A program made the translations under genes and the position numbers. Under the pieces are notes generated by a model that saw only the letters and a program-made list of their open reading frames with translations, had not been told where the DNA came from and searched no databases. Positions 31,967-32,862 of a stretch of DNA of 32,862 nucleotides are shown here, piece after piece (position 1 is the first letter of the stretch; every line of letters begins with the position of its first letter). Origin of the DNA: a virus; the IMG/VR virus record IMGVR_UViG_3300045597_000067, positions 1 through 32,862 of that record; one strand, 5' to 3'.

Positions 31967-32862
31967 TCAGCCAACACGAAGCCCGTTTTTGAAGGACATG
32001 TATTCAGTCTGATTGTTTTCGTTTTTAAATGCAGTAACCCCGGTGAATGTCTTATATACACCATGGTCTGATTCACCTGTACCTATCCAAACTTCGGGGG
32101 CATCTATGGTGATTGCCGAACTTGAATCTAATAGCATTCCCCTCTTTGTAGTAGGCGTAGTAGAAGGCACAAGAGCCGAAAGAGTAATAGAAGAGATTTC
32201 TTTACCTTGGAAAGAGCCTTTTAGTTCTCCGAAAAGTATCTCAAATTTGTAACCGAGATATTCCTGACTTAGCTTGCCCATAAATTCACCATTCTCAACG
32301 TGAAAAAGTCCTTTTGACAAGTCCCAATAATTCTTGCCGTCATCATCGCTAATGCGGCCACGAGAGAAGCTAAGTTCGCCAGTATCGAGGTTCCAATAGT
32401 TTGAACCACCCCTGATTACACCGGCTACAAGTATATCGGCTACAAGGCCAGCGCCCGTGCCCATAGTGCGCCAACGCCAAGAGCCGTCTGAGTTCTTTGA
32501 ATTGGCGATACGGAAATAGCCGCCACCCAATTGAATAGCCATAGTCGGGCTTTGGTCTACCGGCTTATCGTAAACGATGATGCCTTCGTTTGGTGTCATG
32601 TATGTATAGCCACCGGTCTGATTCATCTGCGTGTTCAAACCGTCTATAACGCTATCGAGGTAAGCGGGTTGCAATCCTGCTGCATCGTTCCATAACCCCG
32701 CACTGCTCCACATGTCCATTACCGTGCTCTTCACATATTCACTGCTCCGAGTGTAGGACTGAGTGAGATTGCCGAGCGTGATAGTGGTGTCATCCGAAAG
32801 AGGGTCTAGCAAATCATCGTTTATCTGCAATACCCGTCCACTGATACGGATAGGGCTAGGAT
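31967..32862 (-). CDS. Tal-like tail tip protein, C-terminal part (continuation of the gene at 1-1112; 32736-32862 duplicates 1-127)
   Basis: The frame is open from the window end down to the stop at 31967-31969. Joined length is 1881 nt = 626 aa. The TTG start of the track ORF at 32830 is internal to this gene. Confidence 0.85.
   Translation of the reverse strand, partial: PSPIRISGRVLQINDDLLDPLSDDTTITLGNLTQSYTRSSEYVKSTVMDMWSSAGLWNDAAGLQPAYLDSVIDGLNTQMNQTGGYTYMTPNEGIIVYDKPVDQSPTMAIQLGGGYFRIANSKNSDGSWRWRTMGTGAGLVADILVAGVIRGGSNYWNLDTGELSFSRGRISDDDGKNYWDLSKGLFHVENGEFMGKLSQEYLGYKFEILFGELKGSFQGKEISSITLSALVPSTTPTTKRGMLLDSSSAITIDAPEVWIGTGESDHGVYKTFTGVTAFKNENNQTEYMSFKNGLRVG
32736..32862. repeat. Terminal direct repeat, copy 2 (identical to 1-127)
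   Basis: Same 127-nt string as bases 1-127. Confidence 0.95.

Noticed and set aside
30143-32862. A diversity-generating retroelement acting on the fibre or tail-tip genes
   Set aside because: No reverse transcriptase ORF exists anywhere in the closed genome. I saw no template/variable repeat pair. The only internal repeats are the collagen-coding 27-mers.
1-32862. Prophage ends / att sites suggested by the identical 127-bp termini
   Set aside because: The repeat lies in the middle of a tail gene that reads straight through the junction. No integrase is present and no flanking bacterial genes are visible. Circular closure explains the termini completely.

Overview
The window is a complete, circularly closed tailed-phage genome of siphovirus type. 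Bases 1-127 are identical to 32736-32862, so the unique length is 32,735 bp. One tail gene is split across the window ends. No rRNA, tRNA, CRISPR array, transposase, integrase or reverse transcriptase was recognised. The genome has two arms that diverge from a 29-bp region at 18044-18072 and converge on a perfect 14-bp hairpin at 27481-27516. The minus arm runs 18043 -> 1, across the junction, to 27566. In order it encodes: an Xis-like HTH protein, SSB, a Zn-ribbon protein, RusA, an ASCH/DUF3850-like protein and small proteins; terS and terL; a portal-MuF fusion; a Com-like zinc finger; a protease-scaffold-major capsid fusion; neck proteins; major tail protein; two chaperone-position genes; a 1013-aa tape measure protein; Dit; a 626-aa Tal-like protein (wraps the ends); a collagen-repeat fibre; and a four-gene lysis cassette (XhlA-like protein, lipoprotein, signal-peptide GH25 endolysin, holin). 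The plus arm (18073-27480) encodes a replication protein with an internal iteron array, an ERF annealase, a YqaJ-like exonuclease, wHTH and XRE regulators, an HNH endonuclease and about 15 small genes of unknown function. Spot GC counts of about 55-60%, strong AAGGGG-type ribosome-binding sites, apparently leaderless first genes and hairpins without U-tracts suggest a high-GC Gram-positive (actinobacterial) host. That host call is inference only. All functional calls come from motifs I recognise by eye plus synteny; no database search was possible. I did not find a clearly novel multi-gene system. The best candidates for follow-up are the embedded origin, the family of hairpin-RBS junction modules, the Com-like gene inside the head operon, the lipoprotein-containing lysis cassette, the structured terS-terL spacer and the low-GC tail-tip patch.
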